From: Tubiluchus corallicola
Taxonomy: Eukaryota > Animalia > Priapulida
Assembly: GCA_030141605.1 (NCBI GenBank)
Contig: JAQGDQ010000047.1
Coordinates: 62,001-126,000 of the forward strand
Reading direction: 5' to 3'
DNA length: 64,000 nt
Part shown: in pieces, positions 27,151 to 38,903 of the stretch
How the letters are laid out: each line of letters starts with the position of its first letter
Numbering within the stretch: position 1 is the first letter of the stretch
Program-made: the position numbers and the translations under genes
Notes under the pieces: model-generated
What the model saw: the letters and a program-made list of their open reading frames with translations, nothing else
Told to the model about the DNA's origin: nothing
Database searches by the model: none

Positions 27151-28509
27151 TTAACACACTAATCGTTGTCGTGCCGTGTTGATCTTATGCTCTGAACGAC
27201 TGTGTTTATGCATGTCTTGTGACCGCTGAAACACCTTCTCACAAAAGCTACATTTATAAGGTTTTTCACCCGTATGACTCCTCACATGCATACCCAAGTT
27301 TGATTTAGTTGTGAATGATTTATTGCACTCCTCACACTTGTAAGGCTTAACACAATTGTGAGTTAACTTATGTGCATTTAAACAGCTTGTAGTCTTAAAA
27401 GCTTTAGTACACGAGCCTATGTCACATTTATAAGGCCTCTCTGAAGTATGCAAACGAGCATGTGCACGCAAATGATCCTTGGTCTTAAATCCGCTGCCAC
27501 ACTGAGAACAAAGATAATTTCTTTCTTCAAAGTGATTCAGTCGGTGCTGGTTTCGCAGAGCTGTCTGCAGAAATCCTTTGCCACAAATGTCACACTTATA
27601 AGGTTTTTCACCCGTATGGCTATACATGTGTGTCTGCAAATGGCCTTTCAGTTTGCACACTTTTCCGCAGATCTCACAGATGTGAAGCTTCTTGTTGCGA
27701 TGTTCGTAATGCATATGGGATCTAAGCCACTTAAAATTCTTGTTACAGACTGTGCAAAAACCATAGTTATTTCGCAAAGACATTCCATATTTCACCCGTC
27801 TAGGTTTATTTTCGCTGGAAATGTTTGAAGATTCAGACACCTGAAGAACATGTTGATTCGAGACATCATGCGAACCAGCAGTTAAGATATTTTGCAGCGT
27901 CTTAGGGACCTGATGGTCAGGATCCCGATGGTCGGTTTGAGAATATTGCTGAAAATTTAGTGAAATGAAATGTTTTTTTATTTCATCAGTACTGTCTTCA
28001 TGGCTTGGCACAGAATAACTAGAAATACCTGACATCATCTCAAAATCTTCTAAGCCTTCAATGTTATCGGTTATTTCAATTTTTGAAGGAAGCTGTAAGA
28101 TTGTTTCTACAGGACCATCTGCATCACCCAGTGATAATGGCTCTAACTTAATATTATCAACAAGGCCAACAGTGTCCTCCTGGGAACCGCTTTTATCAAG
28201 AGCAGCAACATTGTGGAAACTTCTTTCATCTTCAATGCTAGCTGTATATTGCAAATGACTATTCAATTCTGCACCATTCTTCGTTGTTTTAGAACACAGA
28301 AAATCATTTGTTACAGAGTTATCACATTCAACATTTGTGTGATCATCTTCACTTTCATCAACAGAATTTACAGTTGAATCACTTTCGTGTTCAAACACAA
28401 TCACTTCTTTGCAATGCTCATTCCTACAGTGCTGATAGAACAGATCTTCAGTTCTGAAAAGACTGGAGCAACACATGCATTTTAAATACATCACTAACTT
28501 GCCTTCCAT
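27151..28509 (-). CDS. C2H2 zinc-finger protein, paralog 1 (452 aa; N-terminal Zn module + acidic linker + 7 fingers)
   Basis: Intact ORF with HTGEKPY linkers. Splice acceptor (TTCTTGTAG|) at about 28580, about 70 nt upstream of the ATG. Confidence 0.93.
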   Translation of the reverse strand: MEGKLVMYLKCMCCSSLFRTEDLFYQHCRNEHCKEVIVFEHESDSTVNSVDESEDDHTNVECDNSVTNDFLCSKTTKNGAELNSHLQYTASIEDERSFHNVAALDKSGSQEDTVGLVDNIKLEPLSLGDADGPVETILQLPSKIEITDNIEGLEDFEMMSGISSYSVPSHEDSTDEIKKHFISLNFQQYSQTDHRDPDHQVPKTLQNILTAGSHDVSNQHVLQVSESSNISSENKPRRVKYGMSLRNNYGFCTVCNKNFKWLRSHMHYEHRNKKLHICEICGKVCKLKGHLQTHMYSHTGEKPYKCDICGKGFLQTALRNQHRLNHFEERNYLCSQCGSGFKTKDHLRAHARLHTSERPYKCDIGSCTKAFKTTSCLNAHKLTHNCVKPYKCEECNKSFTTKSNLGMHVRSHTGEKPYKCSFCEKVFQRSQDMHKHSRSEHKINTARQRLVC

Positions 28510-28849
28510 AATAAAATTTGCCTCTTGAAATTTTCAGCTGGACATTCAAATTAGGGATTCAAAAACCTGACGTTTACAACCTACAAGAAAAATTATATTA
28601 ATAAAATTAATAAACAGCCAACTTTCACAGTAACAAATACATTGCATTGCATTGTACTACCAGCTTGCTTTAAGATGGTACTGCAAGAGAATACTACCCA
28701 GAAAAATAGCCTTATTAAAGTGTTCAGCACATATTTTTACATTAGTGAGTCTGCATGCAAGGCTTATAACTGGATTTGAAATAATTATATCTTGATTTTG
28801 TTTTAAGTGGCATGGTGGAATGAATTATAAGGTGAATATCACATTGTGA

Positions 28850-29440
28850 TTGTATTGTTAGACGTTCAAAGCAGTTAGACATTTCTGACCTCCAAGTCGG
28901 ATATGAGAAGTGGATAATTTGATAGCACTAGGTCAAGAATGTTCGACTGCTGGATCGGAATGTGACATGTTGAGAAAGAAATGCACCTTGGACTGCAGTG
29001 ATGAAGTCAACGAATTTTTGATCACCCGTGAAAGTGATTCAGTTTGCAGAGGCAAAATCGAAGTCTTCAACGGCATACTTAGAACCTTCATAAGCTTATT
29101 CGGATCTCAATAGTTCGTAAAATTAGAGTGGGAACTCTCTAACTACCACAAAAGTAGTTTCTGGTCTTTTTTAAAATGCAAATTCACACTTGAACTTCTT
29201 AGAATTCGCTATCAATGTTATTGACAGAAGTAGTGTTATAATCTCTCATGAATATTAAAAGCCCGCAATTAATTCGAGCTGTTCTGTCCTTATGATACAT
29301 TTTGTACTGTGTAGGTAGATACGTTCTGTACAGAGTCATCAATTGTGTCATGTCCCCATGATTTGGTAATACAGATTACATGTGCCTTGAACACAGCAAT
29401 ACATGAATTCGAATCACAAGGCTTGTTGAGAAATCTAGGA
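28850..29440 (-). mobile_element. Possible decayed LINE AP-endonuclease fragment in the 5' UTR intron of ZNF paralog 1
   Basis: Minus-strand HVICITKSW (compare ICITESW) and VEDFDF (compare GDFN), heavily disrupted. Confidence 0.4.
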
Positions 29441-30485
29441 GTGTAACAGTAAAAAAAGTAACATCAGGTCAGGATTAAGTTCATTGATAGTACAGGTTTA
29501 TATACAAATGTCATTCAATTCAATGTTGTGCAACTGGTGTTTCTATTTACAACAGGTGTGCTAGCCTGGTTTTACTCATTTTAGAGCATCATTGACAACG
29601 GCAATCTTAGTAAGTTAGCTGGTGCCTCTTGTCAAAGTTTGATTACATCTTCTTGCCTCTTGTGATAAGATATTTCAGCTCGTTTCTTCGCTTGTTGAAG
29701 TGCATAAACTCATAATTTCACTACTATCGTGAAAGGGGCTTTGGGCCCAGGCCCTTTGGGCCGACCCCCTAAATGCAGAAGTGCAATTACAGTTAGCTAA
29801 AAACTGTCTAGACAATAGAAATTGATAAGAGAATCGACACTGTGTAAGTGATATACATAAACATAACTTTTCACTATGCAAATCAGCAGACTGCTCTGGG
29901 ATTGCACAAACAAACAAGGTGTTGATGTGTGTCTTGGTTTACTGCTAAAAAACTTTATTTAGCCATAAAAAAAATTTCTTAAGAAATTCTGTGGGTGCAC
30001 GTGCATCCGCCTGCCGGCGCCCATGGGTGGAGCTTTCTGAGCTTCCAACATTTTATTATAATTCTTGGGACAGGTAATGAAAAATGCTGTTTAATGTTGA
30101 CACTAAATAAAAGAATCTTAAGTATGGATCAACCGTAGACTATTTGCATTGTACTGTACTACTAGTGTGCCTTAAGATAGTATTATTATTATTATTACAA
30201 TAAAATACAAAGAATACTACACAAATAAATGTACCATAACTAAAAATACACTTATTAAAGTAGCATTTTTAAGTTTGTGAGTCGGTATACTAAAATTTAA
30301 ATCTCACGTCAGGTTCTAAAATGCCCTTACACGCAAAACAAAGCGTTGGCGTCCGGTCTCCCTCCTTCACCCGCTGGTAAGGGTAAGCTTAAGGCACTCC
30401 CCAGACCCTTACCTGGTTGCATGCGTTGTTCCAGACGCCACTGTAAATAAGGATTTTGCTACGATAGCAGTTAACAGTAACACAA

Positions 30486-30488
<3 letters not shown>

Positions 30489-30537
<49 letters not shown>
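30489..30537. repeat. (AT)n microsatellite
   Basis: Read directly from the sequence. A shorter run lies at about 15019-15041. Confidence 0.95.
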
Positions 30538-30540
<3 letters not shown>

Positions 30541-30774
30541 CGCGTTGTGACAATGTAAAATTAAACTTGAGGAACTAAGGGGTTTTGTCAACTTGAACAA
30601 GTAGGCAAAATTTAAAAGAAAAAACTTACTAAACTTAGTTACTAAACAAAGATGCCTCTTTTTACCAGCCGACCGTCATTAAAAGGCGTTTTGAAACAAT
30701 CCTTGGCAATCTCCCAATCGAAGCTATGAAACACATAAACATTTTCATTTTTTCAAAGCCCCACAGATAACATA

Positions 30775-31791
30775 TGTAGGGCGCCGAGTAACCCACTAGC
30801 CGCAGTAGGACACTTCCGGTAAAACGCATGTGCTAAATTTGCGAAAAGGGTGTCGTACAAGGGCAGCCCAAGTAGGGCACTGGGGATTTTTGCCGAGAAT
30901 CGAGAATTGTGATGACATAATAAAACGTAAAACTAAATTTGTTTTGCAAAAAAGCAACTTTATAATTATGATGGATTGTTTATAATAATGATGGATGACA
31001 ATTTACAAAATTAATGTATTTTTACAATAGTATCATCAGTATTATTAGCTCCATTAAAATCATCATAACATTAAACTAAGTATCTAATGCTTTAAAGAGA
31101 GAAACTATGCACAGAAATAATTGCAAGTTTAAAAATGAGACAGATGCTGCTAAGTCTTCACAACACAAATTTAATTTTTAATTTTTTAAGAAAAGCAAGG
31201 ACAATTAGTTTTAATAATATCAATAGTATTGTAACATGTAAGACCCTGTCATACATGGCTTGCTAGGCCATGTAAAGCACATAAGTCGCTAGAACGCTTA
31301 CTTAGGAGAGAGCAATTATTTGTCCAAGAGGTAGTGAAACGGATCACCTGCCTGTGAAGCGAGTCGAATTAAAAAATGATAAGCCTTAAACAAAATTTAA
31401 TGTTGTCTTCGCCTAAAAAGAAACAGAATTCGCCTAAAAAGTGGGTTTATTTCATTTCAACAACATTAATATCGAAGCCAAATTTAATAGTGTCCGTTCT
31501 AGCAGCTCAGAATAATATTCTCTTATTTTACCAGATGTATAATAAATTATTCAACGTGTATTGACGTTTAAAAGTCACGTTTTTAATTATTATAAATTAT
31601 TATTATTACATAAACGGACGGTGCCAGTATGCTTAACAACTCAATTCGCCACCTGTCTATAGTGTTCTATTTGGGCAGCCATGTACGACACGTCCCTACT
31701 TGGGCTAGCCTATGTACGACGCGTCCTACTTGGGCTAGCCCATGTGCGTCAATTATCGTACTTCGGCTAGTGGATTACTCGGCGCCCAACA
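30775..31791 (+). mobile_element. Non-autonomous TIR DNA transposon, TGT...ACA termini, 5-bp TSD (Ginger2/TDD-like), copy 1
   Basis: Left TIR TGTAGGGCGCCGAGTAACCCACTAGCCGCAGTA, right TIR (reverse complement) TGTTGGGCGCCGAGTAATCCACTAGCCGAAGTA. Perfect TSD ACATA (30770-30774 and 31792-31796). Subterminal tandem repeats at the right end. The superfamily assignment is inferred from termini and TSD length only. Confidence 0.88.
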
Positions 31792-32638
31792 ACATACATT
31801 CGTCTGCATTTACGAGGCATGGGAAATCTTTTTACGTTATTAACAAATGACTATGGTTTGTTATAAACCGCAAACACGCCATAATTGTTTGGTTAAAACA
31901 TTCTACTAAACATTCTACATTCGATAAGTCTACAAAATTAGAAATGTGGCTAAGGCTAGAAACCAAAAGGCTATGATCATCAGGACTAATTTTAATGAAA
32001 TATGTGAAATTTACACACAGTGTGATAATATTACTGCTTACAAGCAGTGTGAAACAGGGCAGTCTATAAAATCTTTAAGCATATTATGCAGTTTCAAAAC
32101 AAATCAGCTACTATGGCAGGTAGTGTCGAAAATAATTTCTTCCGCACCTTTCCCAAGCATTGTATATATTGCAAAAGTTTTATTAGGTGAAGCATTTTGT
32201 CTTTTGTTTCGGATATACTGTTTCTGGGCATTTTGCATAACACTAAATAAATTTTAGACAATGTGTTATATAATACTGAATTAATTTTAGGTAATGTGAA
32301 AGTAAAACATAAATTATTATCATTTTATGCTTTGCCAAAGCCGCTTTTTGCATTGTAACGTCTATGTAAAGTGTGAAATGTCGCAGCAGAAACGATTATT
32401 TCACATTCTTCCCAAATTGTGTAGGTGCGCGAAATGCCGAGGAATTTTATACAATGCGTAACTTTTACACATTACCTAATGCCTATAACCATGGGCACTG
32501 TTAGGTGAGCATCGAATATACGAATTTGATTCGTAATACGTTGGACACATTGCAATCAGCAAAATTTAGCTGAAGTTTACAGAGCACACTTTCCCGATTT
32601 AATCAAGAGACTTTAAATTAATAGTAATCTTAATTCCT

Positions 32639-32759
32639 GTACTACGGCCATATCACGTTGAAAACACCGGTTCTCGCCTGATCACCGAGGTTAAGCAACG
32701 TAGAGCCTGGTTAGTACTTGGATGGGTGACCACCTAGGAATACCAGTTGCTGTAGGCTT
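32639..32759 (+). pseudogene. 5S rRNA-like sequence forming the SINE head (Pol III type 1 internal promoter)
   Basis: CTACGGCCATATCACGTTGAAAACACCGGTTCTCG...GTTAAGCAACG...TTAGTACTTGGATGGGTGACC...GAATACCAGTTGCTGTAGGCTT matches the metazoan 5S consensus with several substitutions. There is no oligo-T terminator right after it. Confidence 0.85.
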
Positions 32760-33137
32760 GCGGAATGCCCACACTGTATCTCGACACTAGGCGGAGGAGC
32801 TGTACAAGCAGCCAACGGCTAGAGGGCGGACGAGGTCAAGTGACCCAACCAAGGAGTGGAGCCCCGAAGACGGACCAGTGCAGCATGCTCACTGACTCCG
32901 GCAGCCAACCTGGTGCCAAACGTATCGCTCCGCTTTCCTTTGGACTACACCAGGGAGGAAGAGAGGGGGTTCCTGTTGTCTGGGCAACTCAGATCTCCAT
33001 ACACCTTGCCCTGGATAGGCCACTCCAGTGGTTCAAGGATCGGATTGCTCAGCCTCAGTCGACGCTACAGCTCCATCAATGTGATCAATAACTGATTCTC
33101 TTGACGCACACTCCACTGAGACAGAAGGATGCCAACA
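32639..33137 (+). mobile_element. 5S rRNA-derived SINE (SINE3-type), full length, 13-bp TSD
   Basis: A ~120-nt 5S head is followed by a ~380-nt GC-rich body. Perfect flanking direct repeat AATCTTAATTCCT at 32626-32638 and 33138-33150. Confidence 0.88.
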
Positions 33138-34914
33138 AATCTTAATTCCTTTTTCTCAATTTTGAAAATTTTCTCCCGATTTTCCACTAATTGCTACTTC
33201 AACCTAAACGTCGCGCAAAATGCGGCCAAGTCAGACAGAAGATCCCCTATCTTTTCCCAAAATAGAATCGCCCACCTGCCCTGCTAAACAACACGAAAAA
33301 AATCATCCGAGAATATGGGTGCGCGACTGCACTTAGATGCCTTAGTAATACCAACACGGCAACACCCCAGATTAAAACCTTAATTGAAAGCTTTTTGGCA
33401 ACGAAGCCACTCAACAAGTTTGAAATTCAAAGTTACACCAATTAATAAACTTATATGATAAGCCGTTGACAAAAGTTTGAGATTCACAGTTATGCCAAGC
33501 CCTTAGTAAATTGATATAATAAGCTGTTGATAAAACAAACTAGGTAAGCCTGATCATCCCTGCTTGTTTCCCAGTTATTAAAGAAACTAAAATGTGGAAA
33601 AATTTTTAAAAAAGTAAATCAAGACTATTCTACCCTGAAAATCTGCTCTGTTCATACTGACTGTGCACGACGCATGCGGCTTCCACGTTAAATATTAAAG
33701 GCATGAAAGCTTCTCTACAGATAGCAATATTTAGATGTCACAACTGCACAATATTGTTACTTGTGGTTGTTTCTGTGCTCCCCAGCAAAAGGTAATGTTA
33801 CACCCTGTACAATCACTCCTTTTCACAAAATCGCCATTAAAATTACAATTACAATAACAAGGCATTGTCAAAGTTGCAATTACGAATTACCAATGATCTT
33901 TTAACCATTAAAAATGTAATCATTCCTGATTGTAATTTTACTAACTCTGTTTCATACACAGTAGTTTTCTCAATTTAGTAAAAGCTCAATTTTTAATAAA
34001 GAATGCAAAATATTATTTTTGGTGAATATTAATATTTTAATAACTAGTACAAAATTTTAGTCAAATGGAACTGTCACACACTGACTGTAAAATTTAATCT
34101 TTAGAATTTATTGTTAATGTTTATGAAATTGTATGTCTGAAAATAAGTTATCAAAGTGTGCAAATAAATTCACTTATAATGTACCTATTATGCACTGTAT
34201 ACCAATTTTATGCCAAAAACTGTTATGGATGTTCAGAGTACTAATCTTGCTGTTGCTTAGAACATTTTTACCGAAGACTTTCTTAATACAGTTTTCCCTG
34301 TCTCTTACCTGGACCTGTATTCAAGTTTTCATTTTTATACTATTGCCAGATACCTTGTGTGGCCACTAGCCTGTTCAGGATGATTTGTACAAGCAACCTT
34401 AAACAAATTAAGCAATGAACATACTGCAATGAATTTTCTTCTTTAATAAGTCAGTGCATCTACATGTTAATCGTTAAACATATTAATTTGCAAATGACGG
34501 AACAAACAACTGAAAAGAAAAAGAAAACCTTGAAACCATAAATAAACTTAAGTTGATTTGACCAATGGTAATTAGTCACAGAAAGCAAACAATAATGAAA
34601 AAAAATCACTAGAGGAAAAGCCTGAGTTTTATCTGAAAACGATGGATTTGCTAAATAAGTTCTCCTTGTAATAAGAAATAAAAAGGAACAAAAATTGAGC
34701 AGATTCAACTAAGTCTACAACCAGGCACATAAATATACTACAGTATATATACAATACATACAGACTGCAATACATGAACAGTTGATAGGTCTAGTTCATC
34801 ATCAAAAACAATCAAAGAATAGCCTATCCACAGTCTGGTTACAAAAGGGCATTTAAAGTTATTGTCGCACATACAGTTTTTAATGTTAACTCCTGAAGGC
34901 AAAATTTACTCAGA

Positions 34915-36312
34915 TTACTTTATGTAAGTGTACTGGAGTTGCACACTAGTGTTACTATGCTGCGCTTGACAGTGATGTTTAAGAGACTGGGATCGACGGA
35001 AAGATTTATTACAAATGTCACAAGTAAATGGCTTCTCTCCTGTGTGAACCCTAAGATGAGTGATGAGGTTACACTTTTGCACAAAAGCTTTATCGCACTC
35101 AGGGCATTTATAATCCTTCTCTTGATCATGAGTTTTCATATGGATATTAAGGCTCGCATTTGTTTTTAACATTAATCCACAGACATTACACTTCAAAGGA
35201 ACTGCCGTGTGTATTGTTGTGTGTTTGCGAAGGTCCGCCTTGTCTCGAAAAGTTTTTCCACAAGTGTTGCACAAAAATGGCCTTTCGTCAAAATGAGTTA
35301 TTCTGTGTTTTGTGCGATGTCCAACTTGCTTGAACTTCATGCCGCACAGGTCACAACTGTATGGTTTTTCCTTGCTGTGCGTGCGCATGTGATCTCGCAA
35401 GTTACTTTTCATTCCACAGCGTCTACCACATATTTCACACACATATGGTCGAACCTTTTCGTGCGTGTGAGGTATGTGAACATCAAGACGTTTATAGAAT
35501 TTGTTACAAATCGGACACTGTCCTGCATAAACCCGTTTTGGTTTTACTGGTTGCTCTTCATACACCATCTTGTGTTGCAGTGGCTTTTTGTTAAGATTCT
35601 TTTGGAGAACAGTCAAACTTTCAGAATCTGCAAGATCTGAAATTTTTAGCTCTGTAGACTCAGAATTTGATAAGCGTGCAAAATCAGCAGATGCTAGAGA
35701 AATTTCAGGAGACTGGAGCATTATGGCATCTGTTTCAAAACTGATGCTCTCTGATTCCAATGTCGAAGATTCTACAGGACTGTTTGGTTCCTGCAGAGTG
35801 ATGTTGGAATTTAAAGGACTATCTGAAGGTTGCAAAGACATCGAATGTGACTCAAACAGTTCACTAGGGCTTTCCACGTCTTCTCCATAACTCAAAACTA
35901 GATGTGAAGACATATCATCTAAGTCTTTTTTCGTATGCTCGTATAGAGGTTCCTCTTTTTCCTCCTCATAAACATGAGCAGCAATGTCTTGCCTGTCATT
36001 CTTTGGAACAGCACAGTTGGCTTCTTCAACATTCCCTATAGGTATATTCCTACCATTAGAATCACTTGTTTCTTCCTTTACAGCAATTGCTGGTACATGT
36101 TTAACATTGGCAATCATCTTTTGCAGGTTTCTTTGCTGTCCACTGGTTTCCAGAGTTTTGCCAGATGGCATTTGAGAATTTGACATACTGTGTTCAAATA
36201 CTAACACCTCCTCACAATGGCTACTTTTACAATGGTCGAAGAAATCATTTTCTGTACTAAACAATTCAGAGCATGATGTGCACTTCAAGTAGACCACCAA
36301 AGTTCCCTCCAT
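34915..36312 (-). CDS. C2H2 zinc-finger protein, paralog 2 (about 465 aa from ATG 36312; 7 fingers)
   Basis: The ORF-track start at 36357 is a TTG. The first ATG (MEGTLVVYLKC) aligns with the starts of the other paralogs. Acceptor TTGTTTTAG| at about 36362. Confidence 0.93.
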   Translation of the reverse strand: MEGTLVVYLKCTSCSELFSTENDFFDHCKSSHCEEVLVFEHSMSNSQMPSGKTLETSGQQRNLQKMIANVKHVPAIAVKEETSDSNGRNIPIGNVEEANCAVPKNDRQDIAAHVYEEEKEEPLYEHTKKDLDDMSSHLVLSYGEDVESPSELFESHSMSLQPSDSPLNSNITLQEPNSPVESSTLESESISFETDAIMLQSPEISLASADFARLSNSESTELKISDLADSESLTVLQKNLNKKPLQHKMVYEEQPVKPKRVYAGQCPICNKFYKRLDVHIPHTHEKVRPYVCEICGRRCGMKSNLRDHMRTHSKEKPYSCDLCGMKFKQVGHRTKHRITHFDERPFLCNTCGKTFRDKADLRKHTTIHTAVPLKCNVCGLMLKTNASLNIHMKTHDQEKDYKCPECDKAFVQKCNLITHLRVHTGEKPFTCDICNKSFRRSQSLKHHCQAQHSNTSVQLQYTYIK

Positions 36313-37119
36313 TTCGATTTTTGATGAAAACAATGAACTGCACCAAAGGGTCTCCAATGTAGCTAAAACAATATTATAAAATGTATTTAATAAAAAACAT
36401 TTTCTAATTGCTAAGGCTACTAAAACATACTCTAATCTAATTTTAGTGAAAACTCAATATTTACAGCAGTAACACTAAAATTTAAATTGAGTTATTAACA
36501 AAATTAATGATAATGGCAGTTGGACAGGTACTAATTGTGAAACAGTTCATGAAATTTGCAAGTGGCTGATTAACACATCAAAGACAAGTTATTTTTAAAG
36601 ATATCTAACAATATTTATTATTTTTAGAAATAAACTGTCTTTGTGTTAATAAGCCACTTGCAAATTTGCAAATATCAACAAATGGATATCGCTAAAGATG
36701 CTAACCACTAAAGCTGCATTCTGCTGAAAATGAAATAAACTACAAATTTCAATGCCCGTGACGAATTTTACTTAACCCGCACTTTGCTTAATTGCATGCT
36801 TATTAACACTTTCTTTGCATCTCATCATGATGTATATATCAAGCTTTTAGCCACATCAACTGCTTATAGTGCACTCGTTGTTTCATTAGGCACCATAGCT
36901 TACAGCACTATGTTCCACAGATCAGTAATGTACCCCATTAACTTGTCTCAGCACTTATCCTTTGTTTTAACAATTTCCTTTTGCTAAGATTCTATTTTTT
37001 GCCATTTATTTTCATTTAGTGTTCCCATTACTTCTGTATTTGTTAATAAACTGAGAGAAGACTAGTTTTGTAAAACTAGTAACGAGATTTCCATATTCTG
37101 ATCTCCAACTTCGCTTATA

Positions 37120-37577
37120 CAGTGGACTCTCGTTACCAGAATCAAAATCGCGTTTCCCGAATTGATTCGGCATTTTCCTAGTGAAAATCCGCTCGTATAA
37201 GAATCACCCTTCTTTCGATAGTAGAATCAATTTTGGCGCCATCTCCATTGTCTCTCACGCCCTTACAAGGTTCTGCGCAGTGGGCGTGGCGGAAAAAAAT
37301 TATGTGCATTAAAAAAAATTTAAGGCAATTCTGGCATCATGAAATATTTACCCAACCATGAAATGAAAACATTAGTCTAGTAATTTTAGGTCCTTTTTAG
37401 GCCAGAAAAACATTATGCTGTTTCATGTCGTTTCTAGCGTAATTTCGGGAAATAAATAATTTTTATGTGCATAAAATTTTTTTAAAGCAATTCTGTGTCA
37501 TGCTCGTTATAAGAATCGCTTGTTATAAGAATCACTTTGCCTTCTCCCGAGGTGATTCTTATAACGAGAGTCCACTG
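37120..37577. mobile_element. pogo/Tigger-type (Tc1/mariner) MITE, TA TSD
   Basis: TA|CAGTGGACTCTCGTTAC...ATAACGAGAGTCCACTG|TA, with subterminal GATTCTTATA/TATAAGAATC repeats. Confidence 0.88.
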
Positions 37578-38729
37578 TATCTCTTCAAGCTCATGATTTC
37601 AATTTTCGTGTAACCTATTTTCTCTCCTACTTTTTCTGAACTCATACCATAGGTTCCATTTTCTGTGATGTAATCACTTAAACACTTGTAGAGATTAACA
37701 TTCTTTAGTTCACCCACTTTAACATGTAATCCTTCAAGCTTTTTTCATTTTTCAGTTTCCTAGGGTTTAGAGGTATGTACTGCAACTTTTCCACACTGAA
37801 TGTAATTTTTTAATTCTTCCATTCTTATGAAGCTCTTTGTAGATTTTGTTACTATTTCCTCTATTCTCAGAGGCCTACTCAATATATATCAGACAAAAAT
37901 TCAAGTAACTATGCTCACATCACTGTCAAAGTATACAACACTACTTTATCAGTACTAGAGCAACACATAACTGGATCCGGCACTGTGCATTGTTTTATTG
38001 TTTCCCAACCTTAACGTTTTTTGCATTATACCAAATTGTGTGACAATTCTGACGGTTGCCTATTCATTTAACTGTATAGTAAATTTAAGCTCTTTTATTG
38101 TAATCCCATGTGCCATAAATCTGTCTTGAGTAGCAGTAAGGCTGTCATGTTTAAATGTTTACTGATTTTTGTAAATGATAAACGGTTCCCTTCACCTTGC
38201 TTTTGACAAGACTAACAAGACTGATAAACTTGTTTTCTTTAACAAAAAAATCATACTGAGAATGTACACTGATAAACTTACTATACTTACTAATTTCCTG
38301 GTTGCTAATACGTTAGTGAAGCGCGTGTGATTTTATTTATTTAATCCTGGAACTGAAGAGTAAAACTAGTACTTAGATAAAATAAACTACTAGCTTTGAA
38401 CATTCCAAGTTGCTGATAAGCAGCAGCAGCCTGACCAGCCTGAACAGCCAAAGTTGCTTTTTTTGCTCTTCTGAGGCTGTCACAACATAATTAATCACCA
38501 CTGATCACTTTTCTTACCTATGCGTTAGGCATCTAAGACAAGGCAATATTTCCATAAACGGCTTCGTAAGTTTATGTAATACACGCATGCTAGAACAAGT
38601 GAGGAAGACAAATTTGACAGAACATTAAACTAAAATTCCCATATTCCTGCCCAACCTTTTCCTGTTTTCCAGTTGTAATAAACAACTAGATATTATAACA
38701 TAGATCACTATACTTTCAAACTTTTTTGT

Positions 38730-38903
38730 ACTGCCTATTTTGGGACTGCTAAAAAAATTGGCATTACAGCGAGTTTGGCATTATAACGAGGTGCATTAAT
38801 ATATGTCTGTGCAAATATACATATTTTGTTTTGATAAAAATTTGGGGTGTTAAGCAAAGTTGCCATTATAAAGGGAAGCGGGCATTATAATGAGGTTTGA
38901 CTG
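38730..38903. mobile_element. Partial Tigger-like MITE (one end)
   Basis: Ends GAGGTTTGACTG|TA (reverse complement CAGTCAAACCTC) with repeated GGCATTATAA subterminal motifs. Confidence 0.55.

Noticed and set aside
31660-31770. CRISPR-like array (about 30-bp palindromic repeats, also at 52597-52700 and 2522-2779)
   Set aside because: There are no unique spacers or cas genes, the context is eukaryotic, and the repeats are transposon subtermini or a minisatellite.
32639-32759. Functional 5S rRNA gene
   Set aside because: It is a single copy with substitutions and no terminator, fused to a 380-nt body and bounded by a 13-bp TSD, so it is a SINE head.
32765-33095. ORFs of 108 and 79 aa in the SINE body
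   Set aside because: They are explained by local high GC content, and I recognise no homology.
36313-36357. N-terminal extension METLWCSSLFSSKIE of ZNF paralog 2
   Set aside because: It starts at TTG (an ORF-finder alternative start). Paralog alignment places the start at ATG 36312.
36840-38300. Very old CR1-like RT fragment interrupted by the Tigger MITE
   Set aside because: Only faint motif similarity (ITFSVEK, PDPV) is visible, which is not enough to call without an alignment.
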